The notes beneath the pieces were generated by a model. It saw only the letters and a list, made by a program, of their open reading frames with translations. It ran no database searches and was not told where the DNA came from. A stretch of DNA of 64,000 bases, taken from the NCBI RefSeq assembly GCF_009914755.1, contig NC_060926.1; one strand, written 5' to 3'. Shown piece after piece: positions 1 to 16,469 of this stretch. The DNA is from the human T2T-CHM13v2.0 reference genome, Homo sapiens. A program made the translations under genes and the position numbers. How positions within the stretch are numbered: position 1 is the stretch's first letter; the number at the start of each line of letters is the position of its first letter.

Positions 1-1531
1 CAAGTCTTAACTCATTCCAGCATTAACCCAAAAGTCCAAGTCCAAAGTCTCATCTGAGACAAGGCAAGTCCCTTCCACCTGTGAGCCTGAAAAATCCAAA
101 GCAAGGTAGTTACTTCCTAGACACAATGGGGGTACAGGCACTGGGTAAATACACTAATTCCAAATTGGCCAAAATGAAGGGACTAAAGGCCTCATGCAAG
201 TCCAAAATCCAGTTGGGCATTTAAATCTTAAAGCTCCAAAATGATCTCCTTTGACCCCATGTCTCACATCTGGGTCACACTAACGCAAGGAGTGGGCTCC
301 CACAGCCTTAGGGAGCTCTGCCCCTGTGAATTTGCAGGGTACAGTCCCACTCCCAGCTGCTTTCACAGGCTGGTGTTGAGTGTCTGAGGCTTTTCCAGGT
401 GCACAGTGCAAGCTGTCACTGGATCTACCATTCTGGGGTCTGGAGGACAGTGGCCCTCTTCTCACAGCTCCTCCAGGCAGCACATCAGTGGAGACTCTAT
501 GTGGGGGCTCCAACCCCACACTTCCCTTCCACACTGCCCTAGCAGAAGTTCTCCATGAGGACTCTGTCCCTGCAGCAAACTTCTGCCTGGACATCCAGGC
601 ATTTCGACGAATCCTCCAAAATCTAGGTGGACACGTTTCCCTACATCTTCTAACATCTAGGCAGAGGTTTAAAAACCTCTATTTTTGAATTCTGTGCACC
701 CACAGGCTCAATACCATGCGGAAATGGCCAAGGCTTGGGGCTTGCACCCTTTGAAGCTACGGCTTGAGCTGTACCTTGGCTCCTTTTAGCCACAGCTGGG
801 ATGCAGTGCACCAAGTCCTGAGACCGCACAAAGCAGCAAGGCCCTGGGCCTAGCCCACGAAACCAGTTTTTCCTCCTAGGCCTCTGGGCCTGTAATAGGA
901 GGGGCTGCTGTGAAGACCTCTAACATCCCCTGGAGGCATTTTCCCCATTGTCTTGGTGATAAACATTTGGCTCCTTGTTACTTATGCAAATTTCTGCAGC
1001 TGACTTGAATTTCTCCTCAGAATGTGGGTATTTCTTTTCTATCACATAGTTAAGCTTCAAATTTTCTGAACTTTTATGCTCTGCTTCCCTTGTAAACGTA
1101 AGTTCCAATTCCAAACCATATATTTGTGAATACGTAAAACTGAATGCTTTTAACAGCACCCAAGTCACATTAGATACCCTAAATCATCTCTCTCAAATTC
1201 AAAGTTCCACAGATCTCTAGGGCAGGGGCAAAATGCCACTAGTCTCTTTGCTAAAACATAGCAAGAGTCATCTTTATTCCAGTTCCCAACAAGTTTCTCA
1301 TCTCCACCTGATACTACCTCAGCCTGGACTTCATTGTCCATATCACTATCAGCATTTTGGTCAAAACCATTTAACAAGTCTCTAAGAAATTCTAAATTTT
1401 CCCACACTCTTCCTGTCTTCTTCTGAGCCATCCAAACTGTTCCAGCCTCTGCCCATTACCCAGTTCCAAAGTTGCTTCCACATTTTTGGGTATCTTCACA
1501 GCAGTGCCCCTACTACCCAGACCCAATTTAC
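1..1531 (-). mobile_element. MaLR (THE1/MST-type) internal region, continuing beyond the window start
   Basis: Typical MaLR-internal sequence. Broken minus-strand ORFs (1165-1431, 920-1168, 280-656) resemble remnants of the MaLR gag-like ORF. It abuts the THE1-type LTR at 1532. Confidence 0.9.
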
Positions 1532-1895
1532 TATAGTAGTTCATTCTCAAACTGCTGTGAAGAAATACCTGAGACTGGGTAATTTATAAAGAAAAAAGGT
1601 TTAATTGACTCACAGTTCAGCATGGCTGGGGAGGTCTCAGGAATCTTCAATTATAGTGGAAGGCACCTCTTCACAGGGTGACAGCAGAGAGAATGGGTGC
1701 CAGCAAGAGAAATGCCAAATGCTTATAAAACCATCAGGTCTTGTGAGAACTCACTCACTATCATGAGAACAGCATGGGGGAAACCACCCCCATGATTCAA
1801 TTACCTCCCACTGGGTCCCTCCCATGACACATGGGGATTATGGAATTATAGTTCAAGATGAGATTTGGATGGGGACACAAAGCCAGATCATACCA
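1532..1895 (-). mobile_element. THE1-type MaLR LTR (THE1D-like), the 5' LTR of the adjacent internal region
   Basis: Contains gagactgggtaatttataaag, tgattcaattacctcccactgggtccctccc and gagatttggatggggacaca. Its reverse complement resembles the THE1 start TGATATGGTTTGG. Confidence 0.9.
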
Positions 1896-4406
1896 GTGAC
1901 CTTTCTAATGTTGTTGTCATTGTCTTTCACATTACTTTTTCTAATATTTAAAGTATCACCTCTATACATAACATGCATTGTCACTTAAGAATTCAGAGAA
2001 CACTGTATTTTTACGACTACACTACAGACTCTTAAAAAGATATGGGCAAGGATTCCTTTAAATACAACCTTGTAGCATATTAAGCCTTTATCAAATATTT
2101 GTTTAGTAACAATCATTACAGAGAATCTAGAAAGTAATATTATCGTTCTTAGTCCCTTGAATCTTTTGAATGTGGATAATTTCGAAATGCAATGACACAT
2201 ATAGCAAATAAATGCAAATCAGCAGGAAACCTTAATTAGTACTCAATTTTAGTAACCCATATATCTAGAGAGAATGGCACATTCTAAAACAGAGCCTGGT
2301 GTTATGCACCTTGTATAATGACCTTTCTAAAGCAAGAAAGTAGACTGAATATTATATATGGATTGCTAAACAATAAAAATGATTTCGAAGTAAAGTCTCA
2401 GTTAACCCAGCCTCTTGATTAGTTACAACTTTCCACTTATTAAGCTGTTCTTTTAATTAAAATGTTCCTATGTAAAAATTATAAGATACTTTATTATTTA
2501 GAAAAAAATAGTAAACATTGAGCTTTTACGCCATATCCCTTCCACAAATTTCCTGTTACATTTTCTGTTTTCTAAATAAAGGAGCATTTAAAAAATGCTA
2601 AACAGAACTTTCAGAAGGTATATCATAATTCTGTCTGCCTTTTTGATTGATACCATGATCAAGCAGTGTGAGTTTTATTTATTTCCTCGTGTGACAGAAT
2701 TCAATATTACCTTGATATTAATCCTAGTTGCTTAGCTTTTCCCTATTTTGATGGCTAGATAAGTTCATTTCTGAATAATGACTAGGCAAAGTTGTTAGAA
2801 GCATGTATTTATCCCTTCTAGAATTATTTGTCCAATACATATTTAGTGAATACCTACCAGGGAGAAGACACTATGCTATATATGTGTGATACAAGGGAAA
2901 GTGAACGTGAGATAGTCACAGTCATACTAAAACTTCTTTCCTACCACTTGAGTATATTTTTCAACAACTCTCCCCTATACAATCCTACTTATCCAAAAAT
3001 GTGACCATACAAATTTAGAGAGGAAGAATAAACTTACAAATTATTATTTTTGTACCAATTTTATGTATACTTAAAGAAATTGTATACATGTAGCTTCTCC
3101 CATGTAACAATAGTATGCCTTATTTATTGTTGTTGTTGTTGGTACTTCTATTGAGGTAGATATTGTTTGATCAAACTATTAATTCATGTAGTATTATCAA
3201 CTCAACTCTTCTATTTTGATGTACTTTTTGTCATAACATAGAGTCACAGAATATTAGCACAGAAAGAGTCCTCAGAGTTCAAGTAGTGCAAATCCCAATT
3301 TTACTATAAACTTTGCCCAGAGAAGCAAAATTAATCATTAAATGTGACAAACTCAATTATTTATTACTAAAACTGGTCACTATGATGCATTACAATAGAA
3401 TGTGAAAACTTACTGCATGCTTAGTATTCGAATGGCACAAGGTATCAGTTAATATGCCTGCCATTTTGTGCTCCTCAAGTACCATTTTGAGAAGCTTATC
3501 AAATCACTAAGAAGCATCAACGGCTTCTTAGTGATTTGCATTACACAAATATTAATTTTTTTAAAAAGTATTTATTTTAAGTTTGCAAGCAATAAGAAAT
3601 TTAAAAATCATGTTTTAATTCTTCTGAATTATTTAAATATAGAGTTTTGCAATGAACACCAGCATATTCCTCAAAGTGAAAGGAAACCAACTTTCATTCT
3701 ATGTGAATATATTTTCCTAGCATAACATAGAATAGATTATATAATTTCTGGCATCTATGGAGTCAGACTATTAAAAGAAGGTAACTCCTTCATGAGCCAG
3801 CTGTGATATCACTATGAGATTTTTATGCTGTCTCATAAGAGGCACACACACTGCTACTCCCCTCTAATAATAACCAAGTCAGAGCTACCTCAACTCATTA
3901 CTGTTCTCTCCACTGTTGAGTCAACCCAAGAAGACCTTCTCAAAGACTTCTGTCTTGGCAGCTACTGCTAACTGGTCAATTTTGACAAATAAAATAAAAT
4001 CTACTTAATTTTTTTGATAAATTATAATCTTCACATTAAATCACTTTTCTTTCTATTTAATTTTTCAGAAGCTAGCATTTAAGTTATGATTTAATAGTAA
4101 ATCATGTGCCATTATTGTAGCCACTGTCATGCAATACAATGCAGCAGTTGACTACCTATATTGATATAAAATATAGTTAACAAGTTTTTTGTTGTGCGTG
4201 TAGTATATTTCAAATATTGCGTCCTTGTCTTAAGATCAGAGATTAGATTTGAGGAGAATATATGATTATGTAATTAAAATGCCAAAATGAATGTTAGGGT
4301 GTGTACATTTAGTAAGAGTTCAAAGGCAGCAAAAATACTTTGAGTCTAGTAATTGCAAAGGACTTAATAGAAATTGTGGCATTTGAGTAAGACTTGAGAG
4401 GGTTAG

Positions 4407-5052
4407 TTTTTTGTTTTTTGTTTTGTTTTTCTTTTTGACAGGGTCTTGTTCTGTCACCTAGGCTGGAATGCAGTGGTGCGATCACGGCTCACTGCAGCTT
4501 TGACCTCCTTGGGCTCAAGCAATCCTCCCACCTCAGCATCCCAAGTAGCTGAGACTACAGACACATGCCACCATGCCCAGTTAATGTATTTTTATATTTT
4601 ATTCTATTTTATTGTTTTGAGACAGGGTCTTGCTTCGTTACCCACGGTGGAGTACAGTGACATGATCACGGCTCACTGCAGCCTCAACCTCCTGGGCCCA
4701 AGCAATCCTCCTGCCTCAGCCTTCCAAAATAGCCTTCAGCTGGATCTACAAGTGTACACTACCACACTTAGCTAATTTTTGTATTTTTTTGTAGATATGG
4801 GGTTCCACCATGTTGCCCAGGCCAGTCTCGAACTCCTGGGCTCAAGCGATCTGCATGTCTCAGCCTCCCAAAGTGTTGGGATTACAGGCGTGAGCCAAGC
4901 CAGTCCTAATTTTTCATTATTACTTTTTATTTTGTAGAGGTGGAGTTTCACTATGTTGCTCAGGCTGGTTTCCAACTCCTGGCTTCAAGTGATGCTCCCA
5001 CCTTGGCCTCCCAAAGTGCTGGGACTACAGGTGTAAGCCATCGTACCTAGCC
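4407..5052 (-). mobile_element. AluJ-type element with a second AluJ-type element (about 4587-4906) nested in its central A-rich linker
   Basis: On the + strand the order is poly(T), right arm, a complete Alu, then a left arm ending cctagcc. AluJ-type ctcctgggctcaagc motifs are present. Confidence 0.85.
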
Positions 5053-5771
5053 CAAATTTTATATTTTCTACAAAGCAGATAGCAAAGGGTTTATGACTGA
5101 AAAAAAAAGTACCAATATAAATCTACGTTGTAGTAGGTGATGAAGCATATATATATATAGCAACTTAATTCTTGTAAAAACAACAGTGAATAAAAGAAGA
5201 CATTTATTTCATAGTCCATTGGGGATCACTATTATAATTTGGTAGGTAGGGTTTACTTCATTTATAAAAGTTTTACAAGAAGTAAAACATAAGTGCTTTC
5301 TTGAGCATAAAGCAATTCACTCCTGTGCTATTCACTTCTGCATAATCTATGTGCACCTTGAAAATGTGGGTTATGAAAAACTAGTTTAATATGAATTTTA
5401 GCCTTGAATAATGAAAATTAAGCATTTTAGATGATGACTCTTGGCGATATACTGTTAAGTAATTTCATGCATTATCTTTGTCATCACAGTAGATGAAAAA
5501 TTTGAAGATTAAAGATTAAAGGACATGATTGTTATCACATACCTACTAATTGTTAAATCTTAGGCTGGAACTCATGTTTTAGTAATTATATGAGAATGAC
5601 ATATTGAACTAAGGAGGTCTTCTTTTGTTATTGTTGTCCACCTTTGACTTCTTCTTTGGATGATGATCTCAAATGAACATCATCTTTGATTATCACCAGT
5701 CCTGCGAAGTGCCACGTTTTTAAATTCAATTCCCAATTCATAATTCCCTCCATGAAAATGATCTGGAAACA

Positions 5772-5840
5772 TAATCTTTATTATAGCTAACTATTATCAC
5801 CATGTAATCTTTATTATAGCTAACTATTATCACCACGTAA
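5772..5840. repeat. 33-bp tandem duplication
   Basis: taatctttattatagctaactattatcacca occurs at 5772-5802 and again at 5805-5835. Confidence 0.95.
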
Positions 5841-8800
5841 CATCCATGGGAATTATCACAAGTGAGGAAATAAAGAAGGCACTTCATTTTACTAGAATGG
5901 ACCTAGGAACTATAGGGCTGTTTGAGTTATTCTTCTTTTACAAAGGAGATCCTGAGTCTTTGGCTATTGTGCCATGCTCCAAGCACATTAAAAGTTATTA
6001 AAAAGCTAAAACTTTCAAGCAAACTTTAAAAGCCATTAGCTTTAATAGAAATACTCTAGGGAAAATCAGTGTGAAATCTCTTTCCTTATTATTAACCTAT
6101 TATGAAAAGTTATATTTCTAAAGATTTTACTGTAAGACTGTGCTGATTTAGTTTATGCCCAAAGGAGAAGAAATTCATTATAAAAAATGAATTATGACAA
6201 AGGACCAGTTAGAAGAATCTCAGTTTGGGAATTGCTTTCTAAGGGTACCAGGGAATATGTTGTGATGTTGTACTTGCATTTATTAATCTCAGTCTCAAAA
6301 TTAAGGAATAATCTCTCTAATTTATGGTATTTAAAAAACGAAATTTGGTAAGGAGAAGAAGCCGTTAAGAAAATACATTTTATCAGTATCTCCAAAATAA
6401 TAAAAGTATTTTTAAATGTTTCAATGATTTCTTATTTAAGACTTTTAAAAATAATTTCAGCCCTTATCACACCTTCAGTTGATATATTCCTTAAGGCAAC
6501 CCCTGGTATGTAGATGTTTGTTTAGTTGAACTTTCAATCGTTAATGTGCTTCAGGTACAGGACTATTTAAGAGAATTTCTTCTGATAGAACATGAAATCA
6601 CGTTTAATCTAGTGAATGTCAAATGAATTTCAGAGTTGCTAAGAAACATAAAATTCCAGAGGTTGAATATTAGCATAACTTTCATCTCAGCAATTTACAA
6701 TGCCAACACAGGTCCTATTTACCAACTATTTCTTGTCCAAATGTTTATCCTTCAATTGAGGAGGCTTCAGAGCTTAACAAGATAAATAACTGGAATTATA
6801 TCGATTAAATCATTTCTATATAAATTTAAACACTAAATTTGAGATGTAGTAAATGAGTAACACCACATATTAGCAAATTTATGGCAAAACCTAGAACAAT
6901 AATTCTAGTAGCTCCTATCCCATTTTCCAAGGAAACTAAAGATTATTAATTATTTAGTTCATGGTGAGACATTTATGCATATATTATTCTCTGCAGAACT
7001 TTGTTGAAACAAAGTGAGCAGACCTGAGTTACTTTCACAATGTGAAGGCCCTGATATTTTCTCATTCCTTAGCCTTCTGCAAAGCATATAATAGATATTT
7101 ATTTGATCTGTACATTTGTACTTGAACAAAGCGCAGTACAACTTATTTGGTTGCATTGTCCTTCGTTCTATTTGAAGATGTAAAAAGAATTAGAATACAA
7201 TGTTGTTTGGGAGTAACCTGCTCAGAAAACACTACACTGTTTTATTATAACAAAGTAGACTACTTCAGGCTGATAGGAGCCATGATCCTATAAAAGAAAA
7301 TGTCCTCTTAAAACTCTAAGATTAATTTTATTTGTTCAATTATAATTTAAAATAATCAATTCATAAGTGTGGCAGGTTTATTACATATTTTATTTTATAG
7401 TCCCAAGCACTACTTATTAAGCACTCCATTTTGTAATGCCACTTAAAAATTCTTAAGTTAGATATGTACATAGTTGCTTTGTATTAAACTATGTTGATAT
7501 TTTAAATCTATAATTTGGGGTTAACATTGAATTAATTTAAATGATAGTTAATAAAAATTTAGTAGTAATTTTCTTAATAATGAACAAGAAAACAAACTCA
7601 AGCATTTTATTTTATCTTCTTCATGTATTCCCTGATAAAGTAAGTACGCAATCAGTAATTAATCACCTCTAGCCAACAATGAGGGTATTGTAATTCTGGA
7701 AAATAATGAATTCTCCTAAAATGGTTGGATAGTAACCAAGCGAGCTTAGCACAAACATTAGGATAATAGAAAAGAGATGATGAAAATATGCTGTGCTCTG
7801 CTGGAAAAGCCGAGACAAAGTAAATTAATATGCAAATATGCAAATAAGTGGAAGTGATTTCTGAATGCACATTAAAATGGAGCAAACTTTGCTGAAGTTT
7901 CATTTGCATTTCCACAGTGATGATCTTTGCCTTTACCTGTTATAGATTAATAAGTTGCTTAACAATTTAATTTAAGAGATATTTTGGATTCTAACACAAC
8001 ATAGGTTAAAAGAAAACAAAATTAAGTGGAAAACGTCAAATAAATTGTGATTGATAGTGAATATTGTAGTAAGACAAAGCACAACCCCACATAATATAAA
8101 ACGAATTGCCATTTTCTACCTACTAGGAAAAGATAGTTTCATTAACTTATGCCTATTCCCTTTTAGAAACAGCCAGGAAATAACAAAAGAATAAGGGAAT
8201 CCTACATCTAATACTTGTTTACCCATCTAATGATTATGTTATACAAATTACTAAGCCTGTCAAAATTTTGAAACACTCCACAATGTTTTTGTTTAGAGCA
8301 AATGTGGATATTTCTTAACCCTCAAGATATAGATAGGTGATAAATAGAAAATAGATAGATACCTAGACAGATAGATTTATTTTCCTCATCTTCTTCTTCA
8401 ATAATTCCCACTAAGTACCTTCCTGCCTACCTAATTTGTCTTAATGACAGTGCCTATAATTTTGGTAATTAGCATAAACTTTTTGAATTTGTATGGAATT
8501 TTTTTTCCACAATTATCTGAATTATTAATGGGTAATGATAATTTCTTAAGCTTCCTTGTATCCTGAGGATTATATATCCTTCCAGTCACATTTCCAGAAG
8601 TAATTAGGCAATGTTATAATTTCATAAGAAATATCAATTTTTATTGTTCACATTGTTAAACAAATAGACAGGGTTTTTAATAAATGAATGTATTTATTGT
8701 AAGAGCAACAATTTTGGAAACTCCAAATAAACACAGACCTATCTCCTTTTTCTTTTGAAATATTGGCTTTCTCCTCCAGAAAGTTTGGTGCAAGAGAGAG

Positions 8801-9731
8801 AAAGAGAAGTAGGTATTGAGATAATAAAATAAGTGGCATTATAATAAAATAAATCATTAGAATACTATATGAGAATTTGAAAAATGTTTTGAATAAGTAT
8901 GCAATGACTGACACTGACATAAGAGGCATCTGTGGTCTTTGCAATAAATGAAACTTGTGCTCATTTTGGTTCCTGAATTAAATTATTAAAGTTACTTTCA
9001 CAGTTAAATGCAATCTGATAGCATTCAGTAGAAGTTTTATTTATCATATATTATTTAATCTGTGCTTGGAGCAAGGACAGAAGAAGTGTCAGAAGTTAGA
9101 GAAGGGAAGTCCTCTCTGGGCTTCACAAGTGCAGCCAGGTGTATTAACTCCCACAGTCGTGGTGAGACTTTCAGTCTCTGTTTGGTGGAAAGATCCCACC
9201 ATGAAAGATGGCCAGGTTTCAGGCCAAATGGTGGACTTGATCTCTACAGTTTGTCCTTATAGACCCAAATGTGTAAAATATTTTGGAAGAATTATCCAAA
9301 GAAGAATTCTGTACTTTAATATCAGATTTTCATTTGAGAAGAGAAATTTACTACAAAGTTGAAGGACAGATATGATGAGGACATGTGTTGTAACTGTTAC
9401 TTTTTTTTTCTCATTTCCCACTTAAATTACACTGAATTGAAAGATTTCTATCCTAGGGCTTACTGGAGCTTGTTGGTCAGTAAAGGAGAAACAGGGTCTG
9501 ACTTGGAATAAAGAGGCCATTGAATGTCTCTGAGTTTCCAAAGCAATGAAACAGACCTGAAATCCTTGAAATTCTGAGAAGAGAAAGTACATTTCCTCAA
9601 TGTATTAAACTTCCATTTTACATATCAAAATCCGCTCATGATGAGTGTTAATTCTACATACCCAGGTTATAAACTAGAACTAACAGAAAATTGGATCTTC
9701 CATTCCCAAAGTATCAAAAGACAACTGAAAG

Positions 9732-10095
<364 letters not shown>

Positions 10096-10829
10096 TCAGC
10101 ACGTAAGTTATCTTCAGTAGGATTAGAATAAAGCCATGAGCAGAGTATTTTTTGATGTGCTTTGGTCTGAACCACATGGCAAGTCCCTGTAGATCATGGG
10201 ATTAGGCTGAGAAAAAACTCATATTTGAATGTTTAAGCCACATTGGCTCCTATGATTGTGAAATATATCAAGGAATGTCCAGGTGTCCTATAGCTGGGAG
10301 ATAAATGCAGAAAGAAGGCAAGATGAGTGGCTGGTGAGCCACTCAAGGGAGTTTATGGTGGGTGAGAATTGAGCCTGTGTCCATGAGTGGCAGGACAGAG
10401 CTTGGACAGTAGATCGAAAGAGAGTGAATTTAGGCCTGAATGAGTACCTGATGCCCCTAGGTATTATTGTGAGACTGTCTTGGCACAAAATACCAGGGTT
10501 CCATTAGTGAGAAGAGATTATCTTCTTAAGATCATTGTGCTTAATCTGTGGCCAGAAAGGCCATCAGGATGACTGGCATCCAGAAGAAAAGGGGTTGACA
10601 ATGATATCAAGACAAATATAGGATAGGACAATACTTACATCAGAAAGCAAAAAATTCCCTCCTCTTTGATTTGAGGTCCTGAAAGCATTTTTTCTGCACA
10701 TACTTAGACACGATCTGGGAGAGTAGTAGTGGATAAGAGAAAAGGTATGAAGGAATAGAAATTTATCAAAAACGTGAAGTATCTCAAACAATTGGAACAG
10801 AATGACAGTGGACTATTTTTCCCCACAAG

Positions 10830-11129
10830 TTTTCTTCTTTTTTTTTTTTCAGACGGAGTCTCACTCTGTCGCCCAGGTTGGAGTGCTGTGGTGCAATCTC
10901 GGCTCCCTGCAACCTCTGCCCCCCAGGTTCAAGCAATTCCCCGCCTCAGCCCCGCAAGTAGCTGGGATTACAGGCACCTGCCACCAAGCTGGGCTAATTT
11001 TTTTGTATTTTTAGTAGAGACTGGGTTTCAGCATATTAGCCAGGATGGTCTTGATCTCCTGACCTCATGATCCACCCGCCTCGGCCTCCCAAAGTGCTGG
11101 GATTACAGGCATGAGCCACTGCACCCTGC
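10830..11129 (-). mobile_element. AluS (Sc-like)
   Basis: Poly(T) followed by the reverse-complement Alu, including gatggtcttgatctcctgacctcatgatcc. Confidence 0.93.
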
Positions 11130-12624
11130 GCCCCCTCTCCCCCGACCCCCAACATTTTCAAGCAGAGCGGAAGCTTGGATGAGCAGGTCACATGAAGTCA
11201 ACAAATTTACCATTTTTTTACGTTGTGGCAAATACATTTGGGACTCATTAACCAAGTGTCATGGCCAGGCTGTAGCTAAGTTGTCAATAGATTGGTGTGG
11301 AGTTAGGGCAGAGCACCCAGGGGATATCATCTTATGTTCCAGGCAGGAAAACCAACCCAAAGGTCATGGGGCTTTTATGGCAAGTTCATTGGTCAAATGC
11401 CTTTACACACATGGTAATGGTCACCAGGAGCTTTATGGTAAGTGATTTGAATTCTGTTCTCAATTGCAGTCGTATATAGGCTAACTGTAACAAAATATTA
11501 GCATATCCAAGTTTCAATTAAAAAAAATTTCTTATGAAAAGAACAGCCTATCAGACACTATCTAAAGTTGGCCCATTTCCCCAGCCAATATTTTATCCAT
11601 ACTTACTCAGAGCCCTCTGTTTGACAAGTGCCCACTTATTTCTGAGATATGGTATTGCTCAGAAAATCTGTATATTTATGGGGAAAAGTTCCAGGCGTCA
11701 GTGATCAGTATGGATTTTGTCTCTCAGAAGAGAGGTAGCATGATTTAGATTTGGCTGAACAAGAGGTGGCACAAGTTGAGGGGACTTTCAAAACATAGAA
11801 ACCCAGCCTTACAGAAGCCAACCCAAAATCTACAAAGTCAGAAACTACTCTGTACAAGAGTAGGACACAAACAGAAAAATCTAGAGGTCAGTTTTCTATT
11901 CAAGAAATAGTTGTACAGAATCATTTTTCTATTCTATCCTCAGAAAAGTATCTGGAATATTATAATTATGATGTTCCTACTTACCTAAAAAATCTAATTG
12001 CTTAGCAATGCTTCCCTTTATTCATAATTAGATCACTCATAAAGCATATACCTTCATGCGAAGGAGAGATAGAAAAGAAAAAGAAACAAAGAGAAAGAAA
12101 AAAAGAGATTACTTCACTACTGTTTGGCAATTATGTTTCTGTATTTTAATCTAGTTCACGTAAGATAATTTTTAAAAAGTTTCATGAAAATATCCATTTG
12201 TTTGCACAGAATACTTATCAAATAAGTAGGAAACAATTTTGATTTTATTAGCATTACCTAATAAGTTTTATAGTAATATTTTTGAACATTTTCAATTATA
12301 TTATCTCATTTTACACTGTGGCATAGCTGATGGTCCTGAATGTTTATTCTATTGGTTCCATATAGGAACAAATATATGTTATTATCAATGCTTTCTGTGG
12401 ATTAGATCAACGAATTGTCACGCTAAAAAGTTTGGATAGGTTATCATATTCACCTGCCAATGTTGTAAAATAATACAGATGGTGTAGAAAATTTATCAAA
12501 TGAGAAAAGTATTCCCAAGAGAGTGGAATATACATAGATAGTCCTTTACTGACATTATGCAAATTGAGGTGAGGGCCAGGGGATTTCAGATGTTATGGTA
12601 TAAAGAAAAGCATTGTCTCCTGAG

Positions 12625-12860
12625 GAATGAGAATGTGTGCTTTGGAATTCAGTAAGCCTGAGTTCTAATTCTGGCTCTGCTATATTCTAGTTGCATGACT
12701 TTTCACAACCAACTTAATCTCCTTGAATCCCAATTTTACTATCTGAAAAACTGGGGTAATAATATCTATTCACTTGTCGGTATGAAGTTTTGTAGAATAA
12801 TGTATGTCATGTGCTTAACTCAGTCCCTGACTTATAGCTAAGTGCTTTATAAATAGCTAG
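12625..12860 (+). mobile_element. MIR SINE
   Basis: cctgagttctaattctggctctgc...atctgaaaaactggggtaataata...gtgcttaactcagt matches the MIR core. Confidence 0.75.
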
Positions 12861-13379
12861 GTAACATTATTTTCCTTATTTTTTCCAGGGATGATGTTTT
12901 AATATATAGATCTGGAAAACTAGGTAGATAGCCGCTGAATGGAAAAAGGGAAATTCTGAGGGTGGTAGGAGAGAAGACTATTAGACACACTTAGAACAAG
13001 CTTCACAGTGCTGCCTGGGTCTGCCTTTACCTGTAGGAACCCTAATTGTATCTTTTCAAAGAAATTTCCTGATGTCCTGATTCAGTTCCGGTCATTTACC
13101 AGAAATATCTTTCTTCAGACTTTTAATATACAGATAATTAGAAATGAGATCAGCTGACTTCTGCATTCTTCTGTCCTAACCATGATAAATGCACATAAAG
13201 ATAGATGAAGGCAAAGGAAGGAAGGACAAAATAACGTGCTGTTTCCTACTCTGGCTTAATTCTACTCTAACCTGGCCTTTGTATCACCATAATTAGAATC
13301 ATTGCTTATTTTCTTTTTTTTTTTAAGTTACGTAATTTTTATTTATCAGAAAAATCTATGTCACACAAACACAGATGTA

Positions 13380-13574
13380 CAGTAAGTCCTGACTTAACGT
13401 TCAAATTAGGTTCTTAAAAACTGCATTGTTAAATGAAACAATGTTGCTATATGCCATTCAAACATAACTCTTGTTTATATCAATTAAACTTTCGTAAAAT
13501 TAGTTTTCCTAAACAATATGTTGCTTCCCTCAGTTTCCAAGAACCTATCAACAATGTTAAGTGAGAACTTACTA
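13380..13574. mobile_element. TcMar-Tigger-type MITE (DNA transposon)
   Basis: Terminal inverted repeats cagtaagtcctgacttaac and gttaagtgagaacttacta, preceded by TA. Confidence 0.75.
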
Positions 13575-13801
13575 CTCATTTATATAACTTATATAGATGT
13601 GTGTGTGAGACACACATTTTTAAATAGCTACAGAGAGATATATCTCAATGACAGGATCTCAACAGACTTCCTACTGAGACAAAATTATAATAGCTATTAA
13701 CAAATAAGAGAACAATTGAGAGCTTAATATACACTTAGCAATGTTCTATGCTGGTTAATGACATAGCACATTAATGCTGGTTAATGATACAATGCATTTA
13801 A

Positions 13802-14257
<456 letters not shown>

Positions 14258-14715
14258 CTTAAAACTTATTATAATTTCAACATTTGCACATATAGAGTTT
14301 AAATTACAAACGAGTTTATACTAAAACAGTAACATTTTGAAGTAAAATAACATTACATTTTTTCATATTTAGGAAATGCTTATTGTTCTGATAAAATTGC
14401 TGAGTAAGAATTTTGCAGAATTACATTTGCAACCTCTATAGGATTAAAAAACACTAAGCAGAAAAGACGCAACGTCTGTCCCTGGTGTTCCTGGCATTGC
14501 TGAACCAAATCCCAGTATGTCCACTACTCATGTTACACATTTTGGACATGATACAAAAAGAATATTTGAAAAAAAATCTTTGACATAGAGCTCCTCAATA
14601 ACACAAATATTCCAATGTCTCCACAAGCAATGGAACAGTAGTCAGATCATGCAGCACCTTATAAGTGATAAAGTGGATATTAGCTCTCTCTGTAAACTTA
14701 AAGGGAGATCACTAA

Positions 14716-15147
<432 letters not shown>

Positions 15148-15225
15148 CCAAACCACATTTTAAGGCCTGGCTTCCTTCTTCACCTTTGGTCCCCTTGCCT
15201 GTGTCCTCTGCTTCATTCACTCTCA

Positions 15226-15459
<234 letters not shown>

Positions 15460-16469
15460 TTAGATGTACGATCTCTGTGTCTAGTGTGGTTGTCTCTGAC
15501 AATCTCCACCTCCATCCTAATTCCTCCACCAAGATTTGGGGGTTGTCAAGGAAAGGACATTCTGTGAAGACATAGTGTATGTTATACATTTCAATATAAG
15601 AATTAAATTGATTCATATGTCAGCCTAAATGAGGTCTTGCCTCCCTCTTGGTGAGTTTTTCTCTTGTGTAACTTGCGAAGTGTGGGCTGGGAGAGCTAGC
15701 TATTCCTGTTTGGAAAACATACCAACCTGAAAATGTCCAAGGTGAGCAGATTGGCTTTGATGCCTTTATAAAATTATGAGTCCTCCTACTGAATCATTTA
15801 CTCTCACTTCCTTCACTTAGTCTGTTCTTACTGTATGTTGGCAAGTGCAGAAGATTAAGATTAGGCCTTGGGCTAATTAAGAAGTCAAAATTAGCACCTT
15901 GTCCTGCCTCTAAACTGGGTAGAATTGGTCCTCCCATGACCTGCACAGATTTCAACTTGGCCAGCATATGACAACCCCACAGGAGCTTTACAAAAAAACA
16001 CCTGTTTGTTGTTTCTATTCTACACAAGTCAATCAAATCAAAAGTTACATGGATGGAACTCAAGCATAAGTTTACTTTTATAAAATGATCTTTAAGTTAT
16101 TTTAATATGTAACCAAGCTAGAGAATCCTTGCATTGAATCTTAATTCACTTATGGTGCACACTTAGATTTGGAGCTTAATGTGATTTAGGGCTCATATAA
16201 TGCTTACTTTAAGCCTCTGTGCATATTTATTTGTGGTACTTTCAGAAGAGTAAAAGACAGTGACTTGTAGATAGGATTTGAGTGTTCACATTCCTGAATT
16301 TTTACAATTTCTCTTTATATCTCACATGGTTCATCTATCAGTAGGTCTATATACTAAATACATAAGTCATTTACATAGTTTAATATATAAATATGAATAC
16401 ATAATGTATAAATGTTTACTTATGTATACATTTATAATGTATAAAATCATATATAAAAATATACATTAT

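Noticed and set aside
280-1431. ORFs of 64-104 aa
   Set aside because: They are frameshifted remnants or antisense frames of the MaLR internal region, not a host gene.
9062-9362. Overlapping 66-aa and 98-aa ORFs
   Set aside because: They have non-ATG starts, no recognisable homology and no convincing splice sites.
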